A stretch of 64,000 bases of DNA from a virus (lineage: Duplodnaviria > Caudoviricetes). The stretch's first letter is position 1. The number at the start of each line of letters is the position of its first letter. The stretch is taken from the IMG/VR virus record IMGVR_UViG_3300011337_000444, positions 6,383 to 70,382 of that record; one strand, given 5' to 3'. Below the pieces are notes generated by a model. It was not told where the DNA came from and searched no databases. It worked only from the letters and a program-made list of their open reading frames with translations. Below, piece by piece: positions 40,565-51,128 of the stretch. The position numbers and the translations under genes were made by a program.

Positions 40565-41686
40565 CTAATTTCCACGTACCTCTTTTGCCTCGGCAACCAT
40601 CATGGTTATCTTACCAAACAACTCGTGATTATCTCTTAACATAACCTCAAACTCCTGCATTGATTTACCTAAATTAATATCAGACATCGTTTTATCTGTG
40701 AATTTAGTCCATACTCCTGCCTTATAAATTACCTTAGTTTCTAAAGCTGATTTATATAAAGCCTGGTATTCGTTATCATTGTTTGATGATGCTAAAGCTG
40801 TTGTGTTAGCTTTAATAATCGGTTGCTTTAAAATCTTAATAGTTTTCTCTACTAATTCATTTACATCAACGCTCTTAAATGATAACTCTGTTAAATACTC
40901 AATGTAGTTCGTATTGATACTTGGTACTTCACATATTGTTTTAATTCCCCCAATTGTGTATTGAATTTCAGATTTGTTTGCGCTTACTTGGAATACCTTT
41001 TCCTCAAACGCTTTCATAATCCAATACTTGCGCTTACGCTCATCGGAGTTCATTTCCTTTTCAAATTTTAATGGATCAAAAGCAACCATATCCAATAAGA
41101 TTGTACGCTTCTCATTTACATTCATACTGTTGTAATTCCTAACTTCAAAAGTTAAACAGTACGCATCTAATTCAGCTTCTGTACTCTCAAATACTTTACC
41201 TTGTAATTCAAAGATTTTTTTCTTCAAATCAATAGTTTCAATTGCTTTACCTTCTCTGTTTTCTTTGTAAAACAATTCGGTTTTTCCATCCATTCTAAAT
41301 TCTGCATTGGCTCTATTCCAATTGCATAAATCTAAAAAATCTCTTAGACGCTTATTTTTACCATCAACATAAAGTTGTCCATCAATAAACCTAATTCTTT
41401 CTATCTTTTTAGTATTAGGATTTACATCTGTTTGCTCATCAGCAAATATACTTATTTGCCCTTGAACTAAACGAATAATTCTGTTTCCTGTGTGATGCTG
41501 TCCATTTTTATCTGTCCAACTCATGTAAACTTCATCAACAGCGGTTATTGGAAAAGTTTTTGGATAGTAACATCCCTCTAATGTAGGGTTACTGTTTTCT
41601 CTTGATAATACATACAAGTGTGATTTAAAATCATCTTGTGTTGCCACTCCTTTACCTTGTGGCTTTAATAGTGCGTAATCTGCCAT
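40565..41686 (-). CDS. Conserved post-MCP protein (possible auxiliary capsid protein)
   Basis: Directly downstream of the MCP, as in crAss-like heads; LRDFLDLCNWN motif. Confidence 0.55.
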   Translation of the reverse strand: MADYALLKPQGKGVATQDDFKSHLYVLSRENSNPTLEGCYYPKTFPITAVDEVYMSWTDKNGQHHTGNRIIRLVQGQISIFADEQTDVNPNTKKIERIRFIDGQLYVDGKNKRLRDFLDLCNWNRANAEFRMDGKTELFYKENREGKAIETIDLKKKIFELQGKVFESTEAELDAYCLTFEVRNYNSMNVNEKRTILLDMVAFDPLKFEKEMNSDERKRKYWIMKAFEEKVFQVSANKSEIQYTIGGIKTICEVPSINTNYIEYLTELSFKSVDVNELVEKTIKILKQPIIKANTTALASSNNDNEYQALYKSALETKVIYKAGVWTKFTDKTMSDINLGKSMQEFEVMLRDNHELFGKITMMVAEAKEVRGN

Positions 41687-41725
41687 GTTTAGTTTAATTT
41701 AGATTTATAATAATTGTGTATCAAT

Positions 41726-41750
41726 AAAAAGGGAGGTGTTACCCTCCCCT
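41726..41750 (-). terminator. Intrinsic terminator after the MCP
   Basis: GGGAGG-loop-CCTCCC followed by TTTTT on the minus strand. Confidence 0.8.
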
Positions 41751-41773
41751 TTAATTTTTATGGTTTTGTGTAA

Positions 41774-43195
41774 CTACACTCTCTCAATGTAGAAGAATCT
41801 GTTACCACCAATTCCTTGGAAACCTACCGCATCAGAGTATCTCATTGAAACGATGTCTTTACCGTTTTCAAATTGAGAGAAACCTTCAACGTATGCTCTT
41901 TTGTTTTGTCTTGCTCCGTTCTCGTCAACTAAGTAACGAACTCTTAAAGATGACATTTTCTCACCTGTTTTAGAATCCATCTTAGCATCCATTGGGATAA
42001 TCATACCCTCAAACGGATAACCGTAACCTTGCGCTCCTAAAGACTGTAAGTCATTGAATGAATCCATTGTCTTTTTCTTGAATACGTAGTTACCGATTTT
42101 GTAAGAATCAAATTGGTAGTTGATTGAAGCATCTGTACCGAAAGAGTACGCTCCAAAAGTTACTGCACCATTTTGTCTTGAATCAGCTAATACCTCATCA
42201 ATTGCTAAAGACAACTGAATACCACACATGAACAAGTTTTCTTTAGCTCCTTTTTGAGAATCTAAAGTAACTACAATCTCATCCATATCCGCTTTGCTGA
42301 AACCAGTTAAAGCTGAATAACCTAAGTTATTACCTTGTGATTGTATGAAAGGAATTAAACCTTCTGTTGTCATTGTTGGTGTACCAAGAGTTGCTTGTGC
42401 ATTCGCTAAAGTTGTGTTAGTTAACTTTTTGCTAGTTAATAAACCTAACTCTCTTGTGTTCAAGAAACGTACATAAGCATCCTCTTCGCCTTTTAAAACA
42501 AAGTATTGTCCTTTTTGTCCGTTAGTTCCTGTAAACTCAACCCAAGTTTGTAATCCTTTCGCAGTACCTGGTAATTGGAAAGTTTCTTTGAAAAACTGTA
42601 CGTTGTTAGAATATCTAGAAACTTTAGAAGCTCTTGATTCTGGTTGATCATCACCCTCACCGAAAGCATTACCTACAATTGCAATTTCAGTATCAGTAGG
42701 GATAGAAGGAATCGCTACACCAGATTCTAAAGGAATTGCACTAAATGTACCTGCGCTTTTATCTACTGATTGTACACGAGCTAAAATCATACTAGAACTA
42801 TTAACTACACCTGTTCCAGGTTTAATAGATATAATATCACCAGCTCTTGCTACTACAATGTTTTTATCAACACTACCTACAAAAGGAGATTCATGCAAAG
42901 AGTAAGCCTCTTTCGCGTTAGTTGCTAATTGGAATGTTACTGCTGCACCAGCAGACCCAGCGCCACCGTTACGTGCGTTCAATTTAGGGTAAATACGACC
43001 TTCCTCAAAGTGGAAATATTCGTAACCCATAACTGGTTTCGCATAATTAATGTTCATTAAGAACTCGGATAAATACTGATTTCCGTATCTTCTTCCTAAT
43101 TCGTTGTCAAATTGTGGTTTGTGCAAATCCATTGCTGATACGAAGCCATAATCTGCTTGCGTTCCAAAACCACCTGCTTCAAAAGGTAATGCCAT
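41774..43195 (-). CDS. Major capsid protein (HK97 fold, crAss-like type)
   Basis: 473 aa after the scaffold; RYSNNVQFFKETF, TTEGLIPFI, GFQGIGGNRF; own terminator. Confidence 0.85.
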   Translation of the reverse strand: MALPFEAGGFGTQADYGFVSAMDLHKPQFDNELGRRYGNQYLSEFLMNINYAKPVMGYEYFHFEEGRIYPKLNARNGGAGSAGAAVTFQLATNAKEAYSLHESPFVGSVDKNIVVARAGDIISIKPGTGVVNSSSMILARVQSVDKSAGTFSAIPLESGVAIPSIPTDTEIAIVGNAFGEGDDQPESRASKVSRYSNNVQFFKETFQLPGTAKGLQTWVEFTGTNGQKGQYFVLKGEEDAYVRFLNTRELGLLTSKKLTNTTLANAQATLGTPTMTTEGLIPFIQSQGNNLGYSALTGFSKADMDEIVVTLDSQKGAKENLFMCGIQLSLAIDEVLADSRQNGAVTFGAYSFGTDASINYQFDSYKIGNYVFKKKTMDSFNDLQSLGAQGYGYPFEGMIIPMDAKMDSKTGEKMSSLRVRYLVDENGARQNKRAYVEGFSQFENGKDIVSMRYSDAVGFQGIGGNRFFYIERV

Positions 43196-43217
43196 AATGT
43201 AAAAATAATTTAAAAAT

Positions 43218-44402
43218 TTATAAACCCAATAATTTGTTAATGCCTAAATCAATAGGCGATTTTACTTTCTCTCCTCCACCTCTTTGACTTCCATCAAAGT
43301 TAATGTTAGAAATGTCTTTTATAACCTCTTCTGCTTTGTTATTTGCGTTTTGCTGTATTAAAGTTTTAACAACCGTTTTCCAATTCTTCATCATGAACAA
43401 GTCTTGTCGCATTGATTTAAAATCAAAGGTGTTGTTTTCTTTATCCTGATAACGCTTATATAACTCTGCTGAATCAGTAATTGATTTTTCCAAAAACTCT
43501 ACATCTTCTTCCGCTACCTTAAAGTTGTACTTCTTATCTTTGTCTAAGCTAAAAACTACTTCTTTAAAATCACTTACGTTGGACTTTACTACGTTATTCC
43601 ATTTAGCAACCATCTCCTTTTGTTTCTCTAATTCCTCCTCGTTCGATTTGGTATCAGGCTTTAAGTTGATTTTTGGTAAATCAAATTGTGCATCATCCTT
43701 TAACTTCGATATATTATCTCTGTATTCTTTTAATTTCTTTTTCAAAGAACTCTTTAATCTTTTATTATCTAAGATTTCTCTGCTGTCCGCTAACTCTTCA
43801 TCAAAGTCAAACGTTGCATCAAATATCTCTAACTCTTCTGTAATATCATCATCACTATATCCCTCACCTTTTAATCCATTTACAAAAACCGTTCTATCAT
43901 CCAACTTACTAACATCCATTGTTTTAATGTCTGCTATCTGTTTTATCTTATTCCAGTCTATCTCACCATCTACTAACAACCCTGCTACCTTCTCTAAATC
44001 ACTATCTGCTAGCAATGGTTTTCTTTCTTTTAATTCCTTGTATTCCGATATTAATTGTGCAACATCCTCCACACCTAAATCAGGGTACAACTCCTTAAAC
44101 TTTTCATTTATGTCAAAACTAACTTCCTCTTTTTTTTCTTCTCCCTTTACATCTAATCCTTTATCACTAAAATCAAAAGTATCAACCCCATTATCACTGC
44201 TATCTTGATTAACAACATCCTCTTCTTTTTTATCGGTTATTACTTCTTCTTTTATTTCTTCTTTTACTTCCTCTTTTTTTTCTTCTACAATCGTGTCTAA
44301 GAACGCTGGTCTTGATTCTCCATCATTTGAGCTATCCTCTTTAACCTCTACTGTAATGCCTTCTTGTTTCTCCAATTCGGCTTTCATTATATCCTGTAAC
44401 AT
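43218..44402 (-). CDS. Putative capsid scaffolding protein
   Basis: Very acidic coiled coil between portal and MCP; ATG at 44402 is preferred because the track start overlaps the promoter. Confidence 0.7.
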   Translation of the reverse strand: MLQDIMKAELEKQEGITVEVKEDSSNDGESRPAFLDTIVEEKKEEVKEEIKEEVITDKKEEDVVNQDSSDNGVDTFDFSDKGLDVKGEEKKEEVSFDINEKFKELYPDLGVEDVAQLISEYKELKERKPLLADSDLEKVAGLLVDGEIDWNKIKQIADIKTMDVSKLDDRTVFVNGLKGEGYSDDDITEELEIFDATFDFDEELADSREILDNKRLKSSLKKKLKEYRDNISKLKDDAQFDLPKINLKPDTKSNEEELEKQKEMVAKWNNVVKSNVSDFKEVVFSLDKDKKYNFKVAEEDVEFLEKSITDSAELYKRYQDKENNTFDFKSMRQDLFMMKNWKTVVKTLIQQNANNKAEEVIKDISNINFDGSQRGGGEKVKSPIDLGINKLLGL

Positions 44403-44438
44403 AGTATTTAATTTAGATAAATTTAGTTTATGATATTG

Positions 44439-44446
44439 CAAATATA
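44439..44446 (-). promoter_or_regulatory. Bacteroidota sigma70 -7 element
   Basis: TATATTTG, 37 nt upstream of the ATG at 44402. Confidence 0.55.
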
Positions 44447-44468
44447 ATAAATTTTATCAATATCCAAA

Positions 44469-46799
44469 TTAATCAAATGTTTCTAATTCTTTTTCTTCCC
44501 TCTTCTCTGGCTCAAACTCTAAAGCTTTTTCAAACTTAATTTGCTTGATTTTTTCATCACCCCTTGTTTCTTCTTTTAATATATCGCCCTCTACTTGCAT
44601 CCCTGCTAACTGTAATTTAAACTGATACTCTAATTGTATTTCAGCCATCTTAGCTTGATTTTTAGCTTGTATCAATTGTAATTCAGCTTGCGCAGCAACC
44701 ATTGCAGCTTCCCCTTGTGCTTGTGAATTTGCTTGTTGTAGCATTAAAGATTCTTGTTGATCAGCCTCCTTTTTCTTTCTACGCTTCTCCTTTAACAAAT
44801 CAATAGCAACTTTAGTATTTGTTTTTAATACATCTCTAATCTCAAAAGCATCCTCTAAATCAATGTTACCATTTGCAATTGCTCTCTCAACCTCCATGTA
44901 CATTTGTTGTATCTCCTCAACATCCGGCATCAAACTAATCTTAATACCCAATGTAGCATTTGATATTTCTTTGTTAATCTCTAAAATATCAACAGTTTCT
45001 TTACCCAACGCAGGGATAAATCCTTTCAATCCTCCTGGGTACCACTTAGCTTTTAACTGTAACATTAATGAAGCTTGTGTTACCATTCTTTCCATTATAG
45101 ATAAAAACGCCTCATTCAATGGTCTAGTTGTATTTCTTGAAGTACCTATTGCCATTTTCTGTACGCCTACCAATGTTCTGTTATCAGGTGTACTTCCATC
45201 TCTAAACTCATTTACCCCACTTACAGTTCGTATCATTTCTATGTGATAATTATACAAGTTTATAAATCCTTGTATCTCACTTATATTTAAACCATTTGGT
45301 GCAGGCATAATTGGATTACGTTGCATTGTCTGCCCCTCTGAATCCGTACCCCTGAAATAATAGTTACCTGTTTGATCGTATATCTCCGTTAACTCCAATG
45401 GTGTCATTGCAGTACCCTTACCCATTACAACATCCTCTAATCCCGATACATCAATCATCAAACCACTTGGTTTAGCCTTAGCTATAAATTGCTGTATCTT
45501 TAAGTGAATTAATTGTATCTGGTCTGCATGAGGTATCATACGCTCTACCAACGACTTGTTGTCCATGTCGTAAATATCTTGTGCGTAAATTGTGAATCGA
45601 CTGCAAGTTGTTGATGAATAAGCCTCGTTCATTTTTGGTCTTGGCATATTCTTACGTAATCCGTAATTCATTACGTAATTACTTCCTACTATCCATAAAC
45701 CATCGTAATAAACTTGTAACTCTTTTTTAATTACTTCTATTTTTTTCTTTGATTCCTTGTTAGGTACATAATCTCTGTTTTTCTTATTTAAGAAAAAACC
45801 ATCTTCCTGGTAATATTTCTTTTCGTAAGTTAAATCAAAGTTGCTGCTCTGGAACTCAAAATCTAATACATCAATATAAAAATCATCAAAGTTTTCTAAA
45901 CTTCTTGAATCATGATAGTAATATGCGCCTTTCTCTGACAAAGCATCCACAGAATATCCATGACTATTTCTACCGTAAGTTTTTACAATATCCAATAACT
46001 CTTCCTCGGTTAACGTTTGATTTCTTAATCGTAAATCATGAAAGGACATTTTTACAACCTCTCCTGCATATTCTAAATCTGAACAATCAGGTCTTGTTGT
46101 ATATGGAATAACTAAGTTACGTGGATCTACATACGCCATCTTAATATCGTAGTTGCTATCAAAATAAGTTTTCGTAGCTCCCCATTTTAAAACAACTAAA
46201 TCCCTAATTACTCTTTTCTTTAATTCCTTAATTTCGTTATTTTGTAATACAAATGTTAAAGCCAACTCAATTGCTTTTTCACTTGCTTGCTTATACGTGT
46301 TTTTTAAGTATGATTTAATCTGCTCCTCATTCTCCATTACTGGAACTGACTTATCTATAACAGGCATACCAGTCATCGCCTCTAAATCCTTGTTTACATC
46401 TCTCAATATAAAGTTAGCGTATAACTTGGATTTCATTTCATCAAATTGTGTAAGGCTACGGTCATCAATAGCTTCGGCATTTATCCTAAACTCCTGATTC
46501 ATCATTTCCCCCACCAATAAATCTACAAACTTAGGTATGATAGGTACAGGAGAAAAATCCAAATTCAAATATGATTGGTCGCCATTTAATCCCAATAAAT
46601 CTTTAAACTTCTCGATGCTGTGAGTTCCCTCGGCATATTTTCTGTTCCTTACAAACTTATCCTTTTTCGTAAATAACGAAAAGGTGTCCTTTGTGTAAAC
46701 ATCATATATCGCCTTACCGTAAGCTAGTCCATAAGACTTTTCAGCTTTCTCTTCCTTACTTGCGTATCTTGAAGGAAATTTACAAGTTATATCATTCAT
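44469..46799 (-). CDS. Portal protein
   Basis: 776 aa after TerL; PVPIIPKFVDLLVG, SLVERMIPHADQIQ and IRTVSGVNEFRDG; C-terminal coiled coil. Confidence 0.88.
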   Translation of the reverse strand: MNDITCKFPSRYASKEEKAEKSYGLAYGKAIYDVYTKDTFSLFTKKDKFVRNRKYAEGTHSIEKFKDLLGLNGDQSYLNLDFSPVPIIPKFVDLLVGEMMNQEFRINAEAIDDRSLTQFDEMKSKLYANFILRDVNKDLEAMTGMPVIDKSVPVMENEEQIKSYLKNTYKQASEKAIELALTFVLQNNEIKELKKRVIRDLVVLKWGATKTYFDSNYDIKMAYVDPRNLVIPYTTRPDCSDLEYAGEVVKMSFHDLRLRNQTLTEEELLDIVKTYGRNSHGYSVDALSEKGAYYYHDSRSLENFDDFYIDVLDFEFQSSNFDLTYEKKYYQEDGFFLNKKNRDYVPNKESKKKIEVIKKELQVYYDGLWIVGSNYVMNYGLRKNMPRPKMNEAYSSTTCSRFTIYAQDIYDMDNKSLVERMIPHADQIQLIHLKIQQFIAKAKPSGLMIDVSGLEDVVMGKGTAMTPLELTEIYDQTGNYYFRGTDSEGQTMQRNPIMPAPNGLNISEIQGFINLYNYHIEMIRTVSGVNEFRDGSTPDNRTLVGVQKMAIGTSRNTTRPLNEAFLSIMERMVTQASLMLQLKAKWYPGGLKGFIPALGKETVDILEINKEISNATLGIKISLMPDVEEIQQMYMEVERAIANGNIDLEDAFEIRDVLKTNTKVAIDLLKEKRRKKKEADQQESLMLQQANSQAQGEAAMVAAQAELQLIQAKNQAKMAEIQLEYQFKLQLAGMQVEGDILKEETRGDEKIKQIKFEKALEFEPEKREEKELETFD

Positions 46800-46827
46800 T
46801 ACCTATACGTAAAATTTATTTTAATTA

Positions 46828-46835
46828 CAAATGTA
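46828..46835 (-). promoter_or_regulatory. Bacteroidota sigma70 -7 element
   Basis: TACATTTG, 29 nt upstream of the portal start. Confidence 0.55.
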
Positions 46836-46842
46836 ATGAATT

Positions 46843-48915
46843 TTATCTATATTGTTTGAGTTTGTAAGTTTTTACTAATTGGGATATTTTAGGTAATTGT
46901 GTATTAACCTTAGCCATCCTATCATATCTAGTTGAACCTATTAACGCTAACACCGCCCCCACAAACTCATCGTAGTCTGTCCATTTATCAACTTTGAACT
47001 GAATAAGGCACTTGCACAATTTGTTAAAATACAACTTCCCATAAACCTCATCAGTCTGATTATACCCTACATTCTCTAATATGTACATCTCCATTGATTC
47101 CACCAACGACTGCCTTACATCAGCACTATTCATTGGAATACCCTTTTCCTTTTGCTTATGCGAATTACTAGTGTGCGTTATGTATGGTCTATCCATTAAG
47201 TAATAGTAATATCCCTTTGTCCTAAAGTAATTCGTTAAACCAATCTTATTCGTTTCAGCCAATACCTCACATCCGTAAAATACACAAGCCTTTAAAATAT
47301 CATCGTAAAAATCTTCCGGATTACTCGGTCTATTTACATATTCGCAAACAAACATCTTGCTGTAATCCTGATCCATTACATCAAACTTCTTAAAAATATA
47401 AAAGGCACCATTTGATTTTCTGTAATCAGTTGTGTATTTATGGTCGTATGGATCTACTCCGGCACTTAAAGTTAAAAAGTTTCCAGGCTTCTGTACACCA
47501 TGTACGGAGGTTACACAATTTCTATCCTCAACCTTCGGCAACCACACAACACTAAACCTACCATTCTCACTCTGTATAAAATCAACCATTGTCCTTGATT
47601 CATTCTTCCATACAAAGTTACCCTTAGTAATAAAGTTTTCATGTAAGGTATTGTTGTACTCAATCTGCTCATTTAAGCGTATTACATCAAACACACTATC
47701 TTTACCATCCATATAAAAAGCTTCGTCTATATCCAATGGGTATTTACGCTTGTGAGATGCCATTGCTTGTGGACTTAAACCTATACGTGCTTTTTTTATG
47801 TAACTTAACGCCCCCTCTGTTATCATCTCTCCATCCATTCCCATTATAGGCTCCTTTGGGTCGTCTATTACACTTCTTCCATATTCATCTATAAAACCTA
47901 CCAATCCATGTGTTGCAGGTTTAAAGTATCTTAACAATCCCGAAAAGGTACTATCCCTTCCTTGACTTAACGCTTCATGTAAATCACTATCCTGCCATAA
48001 CCTATAACAATTCTCACCACCCTTCTTTTCCATTTCTTCCACAGTCGAAGTGTGCAACGATTTCCCAATTACTCTCCTACCTATCTTTAAACACTCCTTT
48101 ACAATTAACCAACGATTATACACATCTACCTCAACAGTCTTACCAATCTCATCATGGTAGTAAAACCTCATCTTGGTACCATCATACGCTTCCTCTGAAC
48201 TTGGTTTATAATCAATAGCTGAATTAATTACATCCTTATAAACTTTAATACCACTCTTCGTACTCCTTGTTCCTGGCTCCTCAAATCTTAAATCCTTTTG
48301 CGGATTAGTATCACCACTATCAACAGGCTTCATGTAATGCTCCATTTTTTTCCATGAACCAATTATCTTCTTAAAGATAATCTTAGCATCGCCTCCTGTT
48401 TTACTTTGGATACCACAATAACTTTCCTTGTTTAATGTCGCTATGTTATAAATAATTGCCGATGATCGTGCGGTCTTACCATCACGCCTGTTTGTTAGCT
48501 GCAACAATCCTAAACACGTTGGCAACCTTTCTGTATAATCAAACAGCCAAAATAAATCCCTATCCGATTCTTTGTAATCAGCAAACCCCTCTGGCAACCT
48601 CCAATAAGTTAAAAAGAAATAATGATGACCTGTCAAGTACGTTATTTCTCCACAGTTGTAAAACCAAAAGCCTTCTCGCCTACGTTTAAACTCCCTTGAT
48701 AGATAAGCTACCTTCTTCTCATCATCTAAAGCATCAAATGCCTTTTCTCCCAATATATCCTTTGGTCTATGCCATTTCTGTTCAGGTACCTTTAAATCCC
48801 ATCCCATTATATCCTTCTTATCCTTTGGACATTCAGGTAACTCAAATATGTATTCTCCTACCTTTACTTCTCTTTGGAAGTCTTTAGGTAATTGTGCAAC
48901 AACCTTATTTTCCAT
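46843..48915 (-). CDS. terL: Terminase large subunit
   Basis: Walker A TNRRDGKT, Walker B YYHDEIGK, nuclease GVDPYD and YDEFVG. Confidence 0.92.
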   Translation of the reverse strand: MENKVVAQLPKDFQREVKVGEYIFELPECPKDKKDIMGWDLKVPEQKWHRPKDILGEKAFDALDDEKKVAYLSREFKRRREGFWFYNCGEITYLTGHHYFFLTYWRLPEGFADYKESDRDLFWLFDYTERLPTCLGLLQLTNRRDGKTARSSAIIYNIATLNKESYCGIQSKTGGDAKIIFKKIIGSWKKMEHYMKPVDSGDTNPQKDLRFEEPGTRSTKSGIKVYKDVINSAIDYKPSSEEAYDGTKMRFYYHDEIGKTVEVDVYNRWLIVKECLKIGRRVIGKSLHTSTVEEMEKKGGENCYRLWQDSDLHEALSQGRDSTFSGLLRYFKPATHGLVGFIDEYGRSVIDDPKEPIMGMDGEMITEGALSYIKKARIGLSPQAMASHKRKYPLDIDEAFYMDGKDSVFDVIRLNEQIEYNNTLHENFITKGNFVWKNESRTMVDFIQSENGRFSVVWLPKVEDRNCVTSVHGVQKPGNFLTLSAGVDPYDHKYTTDYRKSNGAFYIFKKFDVMDQDYSKMFVCEYVNRPSNPEDFYDDILKACVFYGCEVLAETNKIGLTNYFRTKGYYYYLMDRPYITHTSNSHKQKEKGIPMNSADVRQSLVESMEMYILENVGYNQTDEVYGKLYFNKLCKCLIQFKVDKWTDYDEFVGAVLALIGSTRYDRMAKVNTQLPKISQLVKTYKLKQYR

Positions 48916-49249
48916 TTAACGCTTTTTCATATACGCTCGCTTCCTCTCTATCCACCTCCTCTACATACGTTTCACCTAAATTATCGTATATCTTATCAGC
49001 AGTTTCTAAGTATTTCCATATACTATCAGCATACTTAAACGCTCGCTCCATTATCTTATCATCCTTGTTGCTAGCATCATCTACCGTAAGGTTTGTGTTT
49101 TTTAATATCGAATTGTTATTCGTAATGAAATGGCGCAAACTTAAATATGTTTCCGCCTTTAGGCTTTGTGTACTAATCGCCTTTATTTTACTCTCTAAAT
49201 GCTCCACGTATCTACGTACCTCCGCATCTTTAATTATAGGTCTTTTCAT
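48905..49249 (-). CDS. Putative terminase small subunit
   Basis: 114 aa helical protein overlapping the terL start; assignment is positional. Confidence 0.45.
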   Translation of the reverse strand: MKRPIIKDAEVRRYVEHLESKIKAISTQSLKAETYLSLRHFITNNNSILKNTNLTVDDASNKDDKIMERAFKYADSIWKYLETADKIYDNLGETYVEEVDREEASVYEKALNGK

Positions 49250-49271
49250 ATTTAATTAAATTTAGTTACTA

Positions 49272-49279
49272 CAAATGTA
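49272..49279 (-). promoter_or_regulatory. Bacteroidota sigma70 -7 element
   Basis: TACATTTG, 23 nt upstream of 49249 and after a terminator. Confidence 0.55.
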
Positions 49280-49283
49280 AAAC

Positions 49284-49316
49284 AAAAAAACCTACCGTAA
49301 TTAAACGATAGGTTTT
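49284..49316 (-). terminator. Intrinsic terminator
   Basis: AAAACCTATCGT-loop-ACGGTAGGTTTTTTT. Confidence 0.65.
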
Positions 49317-49395
49317 CCATTGCAAAAATCCAGAAAAGATTGAACAAAAAAAGTAAAGTGGCACAACAAATCTAAAACAACTTTTTTATTTAAAC

Positions 49396-49430
49396 AAAAA
49401 AAAGTAGCAGAATTACCTACTACTTTTTTT
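49396..49430. terminator. Bidirectional intrinsic terminator
   Basis: A-tract, GTAGCAG/CTACTAC stem, T-tract. Confidence 0.65.
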
Positions 49431-49451
49431 AAAAGTTTTTTATTCAAGTAA

Positions 49452-50306
49452 CTATGCGTACGTAGTTAACTCAACTAAAGATTTATTAATGTTGATTTTT
49501 TCTAAAAACGATCCACCGTTATCGTAAACAACAGTAATATCATCAACAGCTCCTGCCAATGCAGTTGTAGTTGTAGCTAACGTACTTGTTAATGTAGTTG
49601 TAATAGCTTCACCGTTTAACGCCTCCGAAGGAGTAGTAGCTGTTACTGTTACAACAGTACCATTTGCAACAGCAGTAAATCCACCAGTTGAAGTGTATGC
49701 GTTAATTCTAGCAGCAGTATTAGTTGCTAATAAAGCTAAACTCGCTCCTGTAATAGCAGTTGCAGTATCAAAAATTGAATCACCATCAATCTCAATATCA
49801 GTTACAGTACCTGCACCAGATGCAAATGTAATTGTACCACTAGCGTTTACCTGAATGAAATTCTCTGCGCCTTTTACTTTCATCCTGTTAATAGCAATTG
49901 CAGTTGAAGAATTTAATTCAGTTGCAGCTAATAACTGACTTGATGCAGAAACAATAGTAGCTACCGAATCATCAACATCAATTGTCTTGGAATCGCTAGT
50001 TGTTGAATCCTTGTAAGTAACTCTTGAAGTAGAACTACCCAAATCAACTACCAAGATTACATCCGCTTCATTGATAGCAACAGAAGTACCCAATGTTAAT
50101 TCCGTTAATGCCAATAATTGAGTTCCTGCCGAAACAATGTTTGCAACAGTTTCATCAATATCTACACTTTTAGGAATGTTAGAGTTTGTATCTCTGTAAA
50201 TGATGTTAGAAGTTGAACTCCCTAAATCTCTTACGAAATTAATGTCGGTTTCGTTAATAACAACTTGGTTGCCATCTAAATCCGTTAATAATAATAATTT
50301 TGACAT
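49452..50306 (-). CDS. Structural-type protein with three internal repeats and an inserted fibre-like domain
   Basis: About 57-aa repeats (DLGSSTS...ID.D..VA.IVSA) and an ITFASGAGTVTD domain shared with 36515..38659. Confidence 0.7.
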   Translation of the reverse strand: MSKLLLLTDLDGNQVVINETDINFVRDLGSSTSNIIYRDTNSNIPKSVDIDETVANIVSAGTQLLALTELTLGTSVAINEADVILVVDLGSSTSRVTYKDSTTSDSKTIDVDDSVATIVSASSQLLAATELNSSTAIAINRMKVKGAENFIQVNASGTITFASGAGTVTDIEIDGDSIFDTATAITGASLALLATNTAARINAYTSTGGFTAVANGTVVTVTATTPSEALNGEAITTTLTSTLATTTTALAGAVDDITVVYDNGGSFLEKININKSLVELTTYA

Positions 50307-50325
50307 ATATACACAATTTTAAAAA

Positions 50326-50598
50326 TTAAACAATATCATAAGTAACCTCAACATCAACGCCCTCAAAACACTTCCATATAATCTTCTCGCCACTCTCCTT
50401 GAATTTTACCTCTATCAAATAACGCCTTACTCCGTATAACTGTAAATAGTTCTTATCCCTGTAAATATCGCTCACCTCTACATCCTTACCCTTTACAACG
50501 AAACTCTGACCCTTACGTATTGTAAACGCCTCCGCCTGCCTCTTATATATCTTTAACTCATATATAAACTCTACATCTAAATCTATTAACGAATCCAT
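50326..50598 (-). CDS. Hypothetical protein
   Basis: 90 aa, with its own promoter. Confidence 0.7.
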   Translation of the reverse strand: MDSLIDLDVEFIYELKIYKRQAEAFTIRKGQSFVVKGKDVEVSDIYRDKNYLQLYGVRRYLIEVKFKESGEKIIWKCFEGVDVEVTYDIV

Positions 50599-50614
50599 GT
50601 TATTCTTTTTTTTA

Positions 50615-50622
50615 CAAATATA
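50615..50622 (-). promoter_or_regulatory. Bacteroidota sigma70 -7 element
   Basis: TATATTTG, 17 nt upstream of 50598; an AATTGTGCAAC motif lies at 50628..50638. Confidence 0.55.
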
Positions 50623-50642
50623 TAACTAATTGTGCAACTATC

Positions 50643-50674
50643 AAAAAAAGCATACCTTTCTAAAAGTATGCTTT
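50643..50674 (-). terminator. Intrinsic terminator
   Basis: AAAGCATAC/GTATGCTTT stem with a T-tract on the minus strand. Confidence 0.7.
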
Positions 50675-50678
50675 CTTA

Positions 50679-50716
50679 GTGCAATTTTTTGAATTGTATA
50701 AACATTGATGTTAGTT
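50679..50716 (-). repeat. Cassette-array end site, copy 2
   Basis: AACTAAC ATCAATGTTTATAC AATTCAA AAAA TTGCAC, immediately after the stop of 50717..51097. Confidence 0.55.
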
Positions 50717-51097
50717 TCAATCTTGTAAAACGAGTTCTTTACCAACAAGAGCAAAATAAAAGTTCTGCAACTGGTGGACGTACTCTAACATTACAGATGA
50801 CCCGTAATCGGTAAATTTTCCATCACGAATAACAATTAATCTATTATTGTACCTATATTGATTTGGTTCTCCGTTATCAAATTCATACTTTTCAAATCCA
50901 AATCTTAAAAGCCAATCTTCATCTAGTGTAATTGGTTCTAAAACTTCAAAGCTTAATAAACACTCGCCAATTTGATACCAATTTGAGCTAGTCCATTTAA
51001 AGTCAAAGTAATTCAAAGTATCATTACCTTGCATAGTAGACCATTGTTGTGTGTGATGAAACCAGTTACCTATTCTTATTTCGTTTTCATTAATCAT
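50717..51097 (-). CDS. Hypothetical protein (cassette-like)
   Basis: NEIRIGNW...EPITLDEDWLLRFGFEK; flanked by ATTAGTT and AACTAAC core-like sites. Confidence 0.75.
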   Translation of the reverse strand: MINENEIRIGNWFHHTQQWSTMQGNDTLNYFDFKWTSSNWYQIGECLLSFEVLEPITLDEDWLLRFGFEKYEFDNGEPNQYRYNNRLIVIRDGKFTDYGSSVMLEYVHQLQNFYFALVGKELVLQD

Positions 51098-51128
51098 TAT
51101 TACTCAAATTTACGGTTTACAAAAAAAA

